Position numbers and translations under genes: made by a program. From the NCBI GenBank assembly GCA_026391215.1, contig JAPLDX010000106.1, positions 1 to 64,000 on the forward strand: a stretch of DNA of 64,000 nucleotides. The letters are read 5' to 3'. The notes under the pieces were generated by a model. The model did not search any database and was not told where the DNA came from. It was given only the letters and a program-made list of their open reading frames with translations. Source of the DNA: Bacteroidia bacterium. Lineage in GTDB: Bacteria > Bacteroidota > Bacteroidia > Bacteroidales > VadinHA17. Below, in pieces: positions 1-8,660 of this stretch (the first letter of the stretch is position 1; each line of letters begins with the position of its first letter).

Positions 1-696
1 ATGTACCCATATAAATGCTGAAGGATCAACCCCCATTTCCTTAAGGATTGCTATTTGTGCAAAGGCAGGCTTTTCCGGACCTGTATGAGAAGCAATTGTA
101 AGACCTGTTTCCAGATGAGTCAGAGCTGCTGCCACAATTATCTTTGTATCAGCCTCTGATAAAGTATCAGCCGGGTTAACGGCTATTTTAATCAGCCCTG
201 GCTTAATTCCTGATCCCTCGATACCATCTACAAATTCACTTATCCATTTGTCAGCCAGTGACCGGGCATCCATGGTATTGAAGCTCTCAGGGAGAAATTT
301 ATTATTGTATCCGTAATAACCCGTGTTAGTGACAAAATTAAGACCTGATTTTTGTGACAGCTCTTTTAAAATAAGCGGATCGCGCCCAAGATATTCAGGT
401 GTGCATTCTATAATCGTTTGTACACCTGCATCTTTGGCTTTAAGCACAACAGGTAATGTTTTAGCGATCACTGAGTCCTTGTTCCATCGAAAATAACCAG
501 TACTGTCAGCCCCTATGAAATCAACAAGTATATGCTCATGTGTAAGTGCCAGACCAATTTCCGAAAGCTTAACCGGGCCGTTTACAGTCATGATATATTC
601 GGGAGACTGTTTTTTGCAGGTAATGATTATTATCCCGAAGACCAGGAATAGTATTAACCACAGGATAATTTTAAAGTTATCATATTTTTCTTCCAT
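1..696 (-). CDS. Phosphotriesterase-family (amidohydrolase) protein, 3' end outside window
   Basis: Not in ORF track. Manual translation of the minus strand gives MEEKYDNFKIILWLILFLVFGIIIITCKKQSPEYIMTVNGPV...LTHEHILVDFIGADS...AAALTHLETGLTIASHTG...FIWVH, with the PTE HxH metal motif. An alternative in-frame ATG lies at 726. Confidence 0.85.
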   Translation of the reverse strand, partial: MEEKYDNFKIILWLILFLVFGIIIITCKKQSPEYIMTVNGPVKLSEIGLALTHEHILVDFIGADSTGYFRWNKDSVIAKTLPVVLKAKDAGVQTIIECTPEYLGRDPLILKELSQKSGLNFVTNTGYYGYNNKFLPESFNTMDARSLADKWISEFVDGIEGSGIKPGLIKIAVNPADTLSEADTKIIVAAALTHLETGLTIASHTGPEKPAFAQIAILKEMGVDPSAFIWVH

Positions 697-808
697 AGAT
701 GGCAGGTTTTTAAATTGTACTGCCATAAATTTAAAACAATTTAATTGAAATCATTTATAAGAATCTACATGTACTGATTTTACAGCCCGGCCGAAAGAAT
801 CGATTATG

Positions 809-849
809 TTTTTCGCTTTAAAGTTCTGATTTTTCGGTTTAAAGCTCTG
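809..849. promoter_or_regulatory. Tandem 20-bp direct repeat with 21-bp period, putative regulator binding site
   Basis: TTTTTCGCTTTAAAGTTCTG (809-828) and TTTTTCGGTTTAAAGCTCTG (830-849), 18/20 identical, in the divergent intergenic region. Confidence 0.5.
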
Positions 850-884
850 TAATTAAAGTTATTGTTAAAAACTATTAAAATTTG

Positions 885-903
885 CAATCTCGAAATGAGA
901 TTG
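885..903. promoter_or_regulatory. Perfect 7-5-7 inverted repeat, putative operator or 5' hairpin
   Basis: CAATCTC-GAAAT-GAGATTG upstream of the 1028 operon. Confidence 0.35.
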
Positions 904-1027
904 AGCATATAATAAACTGACATATGAATGGTTTTTTTATATTGCGGCTCAATATGGCTGGCATGGCTGTTTATTCATTAAAATGAGATAAATTTGGTGC
1001 TTCAATAAAAATTAAAACTTGCATCCG

Positions 1028-2392
1028 ATGAAAAAAATTCTTCTGATAGTTTTAGGTTTAATCGTAATTGGTATAATTGGCTATGTAGTCTTTTATATTA
1101 TAGGTTCCGATCCAGCTGTTTCTAAAAATACAAGTTCCGACTCTGCCTCTTCCAGTGTTCTCCTGGAGCAAAAGGATGAAAGTCAGCAGATAAGTGAATG
1201 GAGGGAAGAGGACAGAACAGGCGTCTCGGCAGAAACAGGATTGCTTAAAGTATGGCCCGAATCCGGACCTGAACTTATTTGGTCCAATTCTGAACTGCCT
1301 AAAGCATATTCATCAGTGTCTTTTGGCAATAATTCAATATATACAACAGGATTTGATGGGCAGAACGATGTGCTCGTTGCTCTGGATGCATCAGGAAAAA
1401 TTAAATGGCAAAGACCATACGGACGACCATGGAATCCGTCAAATCCTGAAAGCCGCTGTACTCCTACAGTAGAGGGTAACAGCGTATACGTCTCCAGCGG
1501 ATTTGGTGATATTGCATGTATTAATGGCACTTCAGGTGAAATAATCTGGAGTCTGAAAGCCAGCGAAATATACAAAGGAACTTACGGAGAATGGGGTATT
1601 GCTGAATCGCTAATAATTGACGGTCAAAAACTTTACTTTTCACCCGGAGGACCTGAAACCAATACAATTGCTCTGAATAAATCAACAGGTGAACTGATCT
1701 GGAAATCAGAAAGCCTTGATTCGAAACCGGGATACGTATCTCCAATATTAATTGAGTATTCAGGTAAAAAAATGATAATAAATGTTTCGCTAAAATATAT
1801 TTATGCGGTGGATGCATCTGACGGATCAATCCTTTGGAGAATAAAACACATTGATGCTGTTTCTCATGCCGGATATATTTCCAGCTGGCCTGAACTGGAT
1901 TTTATTAAATGCGTCACTCCGCTTTATCATGAAGGGAAAATATATGTGACAGGCGGATATGATACAGGAGCAGCTCTCCTGAGCCTTTCCGAAGACGGAA
2001 ATAATGTAACAGTTGACTGGTCAGATACTGTTCTCGATGTACATCACGGGGGTGCAGTGCTGGTGAACGGTTACATATATGGTGCAAACTGGTTGAACAA
2101 CGGTGATGGTAACTGGTGCTGCATTGATTGGAATACGGGCAAAACGATGTGGGAAGAACACTGGAAGAACAAGGGATCAATTATCTCGGCAGACGGACTT
2201 CTCTATATTTACGATGAAAGATCCGGATTTGTTGGATTGCTCAGACCGGATCCTGAAAAATTTGATCTGATCAGCAATTTTAAGATAAAAGCTGGGTCTG
2301 GACCATACTGGGCACACCCGGTCATAAAGAACGGTGTTATGTATATCAGGCATGGCGAAGCTCTCATGGCATTCGATATCAAAGAGAAATAA
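1028..2392 (+). CDS. Membrane-anchored PQQ-binding-like (BamB-like) beta-propeller protein
   Basis: N-terminal TM helix (MKKILLIVLGLIVIGIIGYVVFYII), repeated A-L-D/N-x-x-x-G-x-x-x-W blades, C-terminal WAHPVIxNGxxYIR. ATG 1028 preferred over TTG 1019. Confidence 0.8.
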   Translation: MKKILLIVLGLIVIGIIGYVVFYIIGSDPAVSKNTSSDSASSSVLLEQKDESQQISEWREEDRTGVSAETGLLKVWPESGPELIWSNSELPKAYSSVSFGNNSIYTTGFDGQNDVLVALDASGKIKWQRPYGRPWNPSNPESRCTPTVEGNSVYVSSGFGDIACINGTSGEIIWSLKASEIYKGTYGEWGIAESLIIDGQKLYFSPGGPETNTIALNKSTGELIWKSESLDSKPGYVSPILIEYSGKKMIINVSLKYIYAVDASDGSILWRIKHIDAVSHAGYISSWPELDFIKCVTPLYHEGKIYVTGGYDTGAALLSLSEDGNNVTVDWSDTVLDVHHGGAVLVNGYIYGANWLNNGDGNWCCIDWNTGKTMWEEHWKNKGSIISADGLLYIYDERSGFVGLLRPDPEKFDLISNFKIKAGSGPYWAHPVIKNGVMYIRHGEALMAFDIKEK

Positions 2393-2412
2393 TAGTTCAT
2401 AATAATATTAAG

Positions 2413-3879
2413 GTGTCTCAGGGAAGAATAAAAAATATCATTATCGGAATTTCCGTTTTGCTTTTTGCAGCTGTTCTTTCATGGTGGTTATTCAGTAATC
2501 ACTACCCTGCAGATGTTGTAATGAGGATACCGGGAATGGATAACCGGCCAAAGACAGAGCCAAGACCTGATACAGTCATTATCGGACAGTTCTTCGATAC
2601 CCTTAAACGTTTTGATGAATTTGTTCCGGGCAGCTGGCCAAGATTCAGAGGAGAATATTTTGACAACAAGAACCGTGATAAAACTCCTCTTGCCGAATCG
2701 TGGGATTCAGCCGGACCACCTGTAGTCTGGAAAGTGACTCTTGGAGAAGGTTATGCCGGACCTGCGGTTCATAATGGAAGAGTTTATATTTTAGATTATT
2801 ATGAAAGAAGAAAAGCAGATATGCTCAGGTGTTTTTCGCTGAAATCTGGTATTGAGCTTTGGAGACGCTGGTATTATGTTGATCTTAAACGGAATCACGG
2901 CTATTCCCGTACTATACCTGCCGTAACTGATAAATACCTGGTATCCATTGGTCCACGGTCGCATGTAATGTGTCTTGACCCGATAACAGGTGATCTGAAA
3001 TGGACTCTCGATATGGAGAAAGAATTCGGGATACCTGGCAATGCTAAAGGGAAAATAACACCGGATTTCTATACCGGACAATGCCCACTTATAGATAATG
3101 ATGTTGCAGTACTGGCTCCTGGAGGGAAAGCACTTATGATCGGTATTGATTGTGCCACCGGACGAGAATTATGGAGAACTCCCAATCCCGATAGTTTGAG
3201 AATGTCGCACAGTTCAATAATGCCTATGGTCATTTTTGGAAAGAGAATGTATGTCTATAATGCTGTCGGTGGAGTTTGTGGCGTATCGGCCGAAGGTGAT
3301 GACACCGGCAGATTGCTCTGGAAAACGACTGAATGGAATCCTGCAACAACTGCCGCTTCTCCCCTTCTCCTGGATAATAATGAGATAGCTGTTTTTGGAA
3401 GCTACGGCTCAGGCGGCGGCAGGATAAGGATCAACTATGACGGATCAGATTTTTCCGCTTCAGTTATTGAAACACATAAGGCGATGGAAGGAATATCAAG
3501 CGATCAGCAGACTCCGGTTATAACCAGTAATCTTATGTGGTCGGTGATGCCTGAAAACGCAGGAGCTCTCAAGAAGCAACTTGTATGCTATAATATCTCG
3601 GATCTAAGGACAGCGGTATGGACAAGCGGCAAGGAGAACAGGTATGGCCGCGGTCTTGGACCCTACATAATCAGCGGCGATAGAATGTTCCTGCTTGATG
3701 ACGATGCCAACCTGTATGTATTTAAGCTGGGAGCCTCTGGTGCTACGCTGATATCAAAGTACAGCATAATTGATGGCATTGAAGCCTGGGGACCAATGGC
3801 TATTGCAGGAAATTATCTCTTAATGAGAGATGCCAGAAACCTGATTGCATTAAATATCGGTAAAGAAAGTCAGTTATGA
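2413..3879 (+). CDS. Membrane-anchored PQQ-binding-like beta-propeller protein
   Basis: N-terminal TM, WPRFRG motif, GEGYAGPAV, repeated CLDPxTGxLxW blades. Confidence 0.8.
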   Translation: MSQGRIKNIIIGISVLLFAAVLSWWLFSNHYPADVVMRIPGMDNRPKTEPRPDTVIIGQFFDTLKRFDEFVPGSWPRFRGEYFDNKNRDKTPLAESWDSAGPPVVWKVTLGEGYAGPAVHNGRVYILDYYERRKADMLRCFSLKSGIELWRRWYYVDLKRNHGYSRTIPAVTDKYLVSIGPRSHVMCLDPITGDLKWTLDMEKEFGIPGNAKGKITPDFYTGQCPLIDNDVAVLAPGGKALMIGIDCATGRELWRTPNPDSLRMSHSSIMPMVIFGKRMYVYNAVGGVCGVSAEGDDTGRLLWKTTEWNPATTAASPLLLDNNEIAVFGSYGSGGGRIRINYDGSDFSASVIETHKAMEGISSDQQTPVITSNLMWSVMPENAGALKKQLVCYNISDLRTAVWTSGKENRYGRGLGPYIISGDRMFLLDDDANLYVFKLGASGATLISKYSIIDGIEAWGPMAIAGNYLLMRDARNLIALNIGKESQL

Positions 3880-4793
3880 ATAAGAAACTCCTGGCTATAT
3901 TTTCTCTCCTGATCATCCTGTCATTTATCGGGTATATTATATATGACACTGCCAGGCCTGAGAGGGATTCTGAGGATCAGGCTCAGGATTTGAATGAATC
4001 AGTGTCACCTGATCAATGGTTTGTCTCTCGTGAAGCGGCTGCCAATGAAGGACTTCAGTCAGTAACTATTTCCGCTGATGGTGATATATATCTCGGTGGT
4101 GATGCGTTTGTTACCTGCATAAATAAGGAGTTGACTCAAGTATGGAATCTCGGTATGGCAGGAAAAATTAAAGCACTTACAGTAAATAATGATACTGTAT
4201 TTGCGGCATCTGAAGAAATGATTTTTCTTATAAGCTCTGATGGCAAGATGATTGCTGAATGGGGACCTTATGAAGCCAACAGCATTATAACATCGATATC
4301 TGCAAATGACCTTTATGTGGCATTTGCAGATGCAGGAAACAAGAGAGTCTTCATCCTCAGTAAAAATGGTGAAGTTATTTCGATGATAGGTCAGTCTGGC
4401 GAGAAATTCATTATTCCAAGTCCCTATTTTGATGTTTATCTAACAGCTGATAATACGCTGTTTCTGGCAAACACCGGGAATTTCAGAATTGAAAAGTGGA
4501 CAATTGATGGAAGATTCCTGTCATCTTTTGGAGAACCGGGAACTGCTCCTGATGCTTTCTGCGGATGCTGCAATCCTGCCCATTTTACCGTAGTACCACA
4601 AGGATTTGTCACCGCTGAGAAAGGAATAAACAGGATAAAAATATTGGGACCTGAAGGCGGATTCATTGAATATGTTTCATCAGAGAATAAATTCATTGCT
4701 TCAGTTCCTCTGGATGTGGCATCGATTGACGGGGAAACGATCTATGCGGCGAATCCGGATGATTCAAAGTTATATGTATTTATTAGGAAGTGA
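3876..4793 (+). CDS. Membrane-anchored NHL-repeat-like beta-propeller protein with CGCC motif
   Basis: N-terminal TM; ADAGNKRV and ANTGNFRIEKW NHL-like blades; FCGCCNPAH; ATGA overlap with upstream gene. Confidence 0.7.
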   Translation: MNKKLLAIFSLLIILSFIGYIIYDTARPERDSEDQAQDLNESVSPDQWFVSREAAANEGLQSVTISADGDIYLGGDAFVTCINKELTQVWNLGMAGKIKALTVNNDTVFAASEEMIFLISSDGKMIAEWGPYEANSIITSISANDLYVAFADAGNKRVFILSKNGEVISMIGQSGEKFIIPSPYFDVYLTADNTLFLANTGNFRIEKWTIDGRFLSSFGEPGTAPDAFCGCCNPAHFTVVPQGFVTAEKGINRIKILGPEGGFIEYVSSENKFIASVPLDVASIDGETIYAANPDDSKLYVFIRK

Positions 4794-4819
4794 CCCCCCA
4801 ACCCCCCTAAAGGGGGGCT
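4794..4819. repeat. REP-like GC palindrome
   Basis: CCCCCCAA-CCCCCC-TAAA-GGGGGG-CT immediately after the stop codon, with no U-tract. Confidence 0.5.
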
Positions 4820-4850
4820 AAATTGATTTAATTTATAAAATGTTGGTATA

Positions 4851-5051
4851 ATGAATATTACAAGGACCAATTTCCTGCAGAAGCTGATAAGAATTCTGCT
4901 GTTTTCTATCCTGGGCTTGATTGCCCTGGCTCTGGGAAGCCGTGCTGTTTCAGGTAGTAGCTGCAATAAATGTCCGGGAAATGGAATATGTAAAGGAGAA
5001 ACGGATTGCAACAAGTTTTTACCAATCAGAAATGAAAGAAGAAAAGAATAA
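4851..5051 (+). CDS. Small Cys-rich membrane protein
   Basis: Degenerate Tat-like leader TRTNFL, hydrophobic helix, then CxxC-x5-C-x5-C; sits in operon position. Confidence 0.6.
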   Translation: MNITRTNFLQKLIRILLFSILGLIALALGSRAVSGSSCNKCPGNGICKGETDCNKFLPIRNERRKE

Positions 5052-5595
5052 ATATCAGTCGCGAAGGGATTTTGTAAGTAAAGCCGGGAAAATTCTGGTT
5101 GCAGTTCCTGTTATTGCACTTCCTTTTATACTTGGGAAGAAAACATCAGCTTCAGGATATGTCTGGCAGATAGATCCTTTTAAATGCACCACCTGCGGAC
5201 AATGTAAGACAAACTGTGTACTCACTCCTTCTGCATCAAAGTGTGTTCATTCTTTTGTTCTGTGCGGTTATTGTGACCTTTGCGGAGGTTACCTGCGTCA
5301 GGGAGCTAAAACAATCAGCACCGGCGCAGAAAACCAGATGTGTCCTACTGGCGCAATAACCAGAAAATTTGTAGAAGAACCCTATTTTGAATATACGATA
5401 AACGAAGATCTTTGCGATGGTTGTGCAAAATGTGTGAAGGGTTGTGTCGACTTCGGTAACGGTTCATTGCATATGCAGATCAAACAGGATCTTTGCGCTA
5501 ACTGCAATGATTGTTCAATAGCAAGGAACTGTCCATCTCATGCAATCTCAAGAGTACCTGCAGATTATCAATACATACCAAAAGATAGAGTATGA
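5032..5595 (+). CDS. Tat-signal multi-[4Fe-4S] ferredoxin (NapG/MauM-like architecture)
   Basis: From ATG 5032: SRRDFV twin-arginine motif plus hydrophobic helix; CTTCGQCKTNC, CGYCDLC, CDGCAKCVKGC, CANCNDC...CP. Confidence 0.75.
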   Translation: MKEEKNKYQSRRDFVSKAGKILVAVPVIALPFILGKKTSASGYVWQIDPFKCTTCGQCKTNCVLTPSASKCVHSFVLCGYCDLCGGYLRQGAKTISTGAENQMCPTGAITRKFVEEPYFEYTINEDLCDGCAKCVKGCVDFGNGSLHMQIKQDLCANCNDCSIARNCPSHAISRVPADYQYIPKDRV

Positions 5596-5629
5596 ATTCA
5601 AAATTCAAAATTCAAAATTCAAAATGCAA
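5595..5629. repeat. Heptamer tandem repeat (AATTCAA)x4 + AATGCAA
   Basis: Directly visible between the ferredoxin stop and the next gene. Confidence 0.9.
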
Positions 5630-5640
5630 AACTATAATTG

Positions 5641-6921
5641 ATGAATAAACGGTATATACCATACGTCCTTTTATTTATAATGCTATTATGGCATGCTGTT
5701 TTGTTTGCCCAGGACAGGTTTCCTCGTCCCGAATTTGAATCTGGTTATGTTTACCCGGAGCACCAGCAACCTCTGCAGAGATCACAGACATGGGAGTATA
5801 TAGATGTAGCCGTTTTGATTGCCGCACTCTCTGTAACAACCTGGCTTGCACTTAAAAAGCGATCACGGCAGGGATTGATCTGGATGTCAGTTTTCTCTCT
5901 TGCCTATTTCGGATTTTACCGGGAAGGGTGTATTTGTTCTGTAGGATCAATTCAGAATGTCGCTCTTGCACTCTTTAACGATGGATATACAATTCCCCTC
6001 ACCGCACTGCTGTTCTTCCTTATACCTCTGATATTTGCTATTTTCTTCGGAAGGGTCTTTTGTGCCGGAGTCTGCCCGTTTGGAGCCATACAGGAGCTTA
6101 CAGGATTTAAGACCGTGAAATTGCCAAAGACAGTTGAATCAATAATGGCAGCTATTCCATTTCTATACCTTGCATTTTCTGTGCTCTTTGCTGCAATGCA
6201 GAGCGAATTCATAATTTGCAGGTACGATCCTTTTGTCGGAATATTTCGACTGGATGCATCATATACAATGATAGTATTCGGTGTGTTGCTTCTAATTGCA
6301 GGGATCTTCATAAACCGTCCCTATTGCAGATACCTTTGTCCTTATGGTGTTCTCCAGAACCTTTTTTCCAGGTTTTCATGGAAGCATCTGACGATCACTC
6401 CTGCCGAATGCACAAATTGCAGGTTGTGCGAGGAAGAAGCGTGCACTTACAATGCAATTTTGCCATCAAATACAAACCAGGAAATAGAAGATCCTGTAAG
6501 ATCAAGAAGAAGGTTTATTTCATATTTTCTTCTTATACCGGTTTTTGCTATTGCCGGAGGCTTTCTCCTTTATAATATGGCTCCGGGTCTTGCCAAAGTA
6601 CACAGGGATGTCCGCCTTGCGCAGGAAATAAGAATTGAAAAGGAAACGGGGATTGAGGCTGTATCAAAAGCTGCTGTCGCATATAAAGAAGCCGGACAGA
6701 CTGAAGAAGAGCTGTTCGCAAATGAAATGAAGATAATCTCAAGGTTCAGGAAAGCTTCTCCATGGGCAGGTGTTTTCCTTGGATTATCTCTGGGGATCAG
6801 CTTGCTGTCGCTGACAATAAAAAGAACACGAACAGAATATGTACCGCATCGTGGCAAGTGCTACAGTTGCGGAAGATGTTTTAAGTACTGCCCTGTTGAA
6901 GTAAAAAATCAAGTTAAATGA
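5641..6921 (+). CDS. Polytopic membrane 4Fe-4S protein (NapH/NosR/RdxA-like)
   Basis: Multiple TM helices; CAGVCP and CRYLCP (CxxxCP) motifs; ferredoxin motifs CTNCRLC and CYSCGRCFKYCP. Confidence 0.8.
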   Translation: MNKRYIPYVLLFIMLLWHAVLFAQDRFPRPEFESGYVYPEHQQPLQRSQTWEYIDVAVLIAALSVTTWLALKKRSRQGLIWMSVFSLAYFGFYREGCICSVGSIQNVALALFNDGYTIPLTALLFFLIPLIFAIFFGRVFCAGVCPFGAIQELTGFKTVKLPKTVESIMAAIPFLYLAFSVLFAAMQSEFIICRYDPFVGIFRLDASYTMIVFGVLLLIAGIFINRPYCRYLCPYGVLQNLFSRFSWKHLTITPAECTNCRLCEEEACTYNAILPSNTNQEIEDPVRSRRRFISYFLLIPVFAIAGGFLLYNMAPGLAKVHRDVRLAQEIRIEKETGIEAVSKAAVAYKEAGQTEEELFANEMKIISRFRKASPWAGVFLGLSLGISLLSLTIKRTRTEYVPHRGKCYSCGRCFKYCPVEVKNQVK

Positions 6922-8660
6922 TAAAGCTGACAGACAAAGAAACAGAAATTCTGAAGGGCATCAGCCAGGTGGCAGGAGTCTTTGCCATAATAGTGGCTCT
7001 GACAATGATATTCAGCCTGGTGCAGCTAAAGACTATCAATCCTCTCGATAATCCAGCGCTTGTCACTATTAAGGATCAGTATGATAAAGATCCGGAGAAT
7101 GCCAATAAGGCCGAACAGGTTCGGGCAATGGATCTCATGGCGAGGAAGGCATATTTTGCTTCAAGACGCCAGGTGGAAACAGGATCGTACCTTCTTATTG
7201 CCGGCGCGATTGTCTTTATACTCTGCCAGCGGCTAATAGCAGGAAATGAAAAGGTTATCCCTGCTGTTCCAGGAACGAAACCGGACCAGACAGCCAGTAA
7301 GAACAGGCGCAGGAAGTACCTGCTGATAACAGCATCAATAATAACAATTAGTGCAATAATCTCCTCCTTTATTCTCAGAAGCAACCTTCCTGACCTAATG
7401 GCAGACAGGCAGGTTGGAAGTAAAGAGAAAATAAAGACAGATGAAAGCAAGAAAGCCAGATCCTCAGATAGTAAGAGTGAGAGCATTATTCTGATGAATG
7501 AATTTAAGCCAGATTCCGTTAATTATCCTTTCTTCAGAGGTCAGGATAGCAGAGCCATAGCAGGAGGTTCAGGTTATCCCACTAAGTGGAATGGAGAAGC
7601 AGGAATAAATATTAAATGGAAAGTTCAGGTACCAAAGTATGGTAAAAGCTCACCTGTGATATGGGGCGATAAGCTGTTCGTTACAGGAGCAGAAGGTGCA
7701 CAGGGTGATGTGTATTGTTATGACAAGAATACCGGGAATCTTCTTTGGACAGCTTCTGCTTCTGGCATCCCCGGAGAACCCTCTGTCGTGCCTGAAATGG
7801 ATGCAGAAGCAGGACTATCAGTATCATCTGCTGCTGTCAACGGCAATGCTGTCTGTGCAATATTTGCCAATGGCAACCTTATCTGTCTCGATCATGACGG
7901 AAACAAAAAGTGGGTTCTGAATGTAGGTTCACTGAATAACGTGTACGGATATTCCTGTTCACTTATTATTTATGAGAACACTCTCATAGTTCAGCATGAT
8001 TCCGATCAGAGGCTCTCAATGATGGGCTTTGACATAAGCACAGGGAAAATGATATGGGAGACTCCACGAAGAGGACGTCCTGTATGGTCATCTCCTATTA
8101 TTGGCACATTTGGCGGGAAGCCGCAGGTAGTGATAAACGGAAATCCTGCTGTTACTGCTTTTGATCCTGTCGACGGAAAAGAACTATGGTCAGTTGACTG
8201 CCTGACCGGAGATGTTGCTCCGTCTCTTGCTGCAAACGGATCTATGGTCTTTGCAGTGACGGATTATCAAAAGCTGGCTGCAATAAAACCCGGAAACGGC
8301 GCCTCTATAGTGTGGGAGGACAATACATACACTTCCGATGTATCGAGCCCTGTGGCCAATAATGAGATACTTATCATTGCCACTGGCTATGGTGATGTTG
8401 CATGCTATAATTCACAAAAGGGAGATACACTCTGGACACACTATTTCATGGAGCAGTTTTATGCCTCCCCGGTGATAGCGGACGAAAAGATATATCTTCT
8501 TGACCGTGCCGGAACAATGCATATAGTGAAAGCAGGCAGAACATTTGAACTGCTGGCTGTTTCGCCACTTGGAGAGCCTGCCGATTGTACTCCGGCATTC
8601 TCGGATAAGAGCATTTATATAAGAGGAAAGAATAATCTTTATTGCATTTCACAGAATTGA
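6918..8660 (+). CDS. PQQ-binding-like beta-propeller protein with three N-terminal TM helices
   Basis: Three hydrophobic segments, then YPFFRG, GKSSPVIWGDKLF and repeated propeller blades. Confidence 0.8.
   Translation: MIKLTDKETEILKGISQVAGVFAIIVALTMIFSLVQLKTINPLDNPALVTIKDQYDKDPENANKAEQVRAMDLMARKAYFASRRQVETGSYLLIAGAIVFILCQRLIAGNEKVIPAVPGTKPDQTASKNRRRKYLLITASIITISAIISSFILRSNLPDLMADRQVGSKEKIKTDESKKARSSDSKSESIILMNEFKPDSVNYPFFRGQDSRAIAGGSGYPTKWNGEAGINIKWKVQVPKYGKSSPVIWGDKLFVTGAEGAQGDVYCYDKNTGNLLWTASASGIPGEPSVVPEMDAEAGLSVSSAAVNGNAVCAIFANGNLICLDHDGNKKWVLNVGSLNNVYGYSCSLIIYENTLIVQHDSDQRLSMMGFDISTGKMIWETPRRGRPVWSSPIIGTFGGKPQVVINGNPAVTAFDPVDGKELWSVDCLTGDVAPSLAANGSMVFAVTDYQKLAAIKPGNGASIVWEDNTYTSDVSSPVANNEILIIATGYGDVACYNSQKGDTLWTHYFMEQFYASPVIADEKIYLLDRAGTMHIVKAGRTFELLAVSPLGEPADCTPAFSDKSIYIRGKNNLYCISQN

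Noticed and set aside
515-748. 77-aa plus-strand ORF
   Set aside because: Antisense shadow of the phosphotriesterase gene
4742-5014. Minus-strand ORF containing SPPLGGLGG
   Set aside because: Translation of the REP-like palindrome, antisense to real genes
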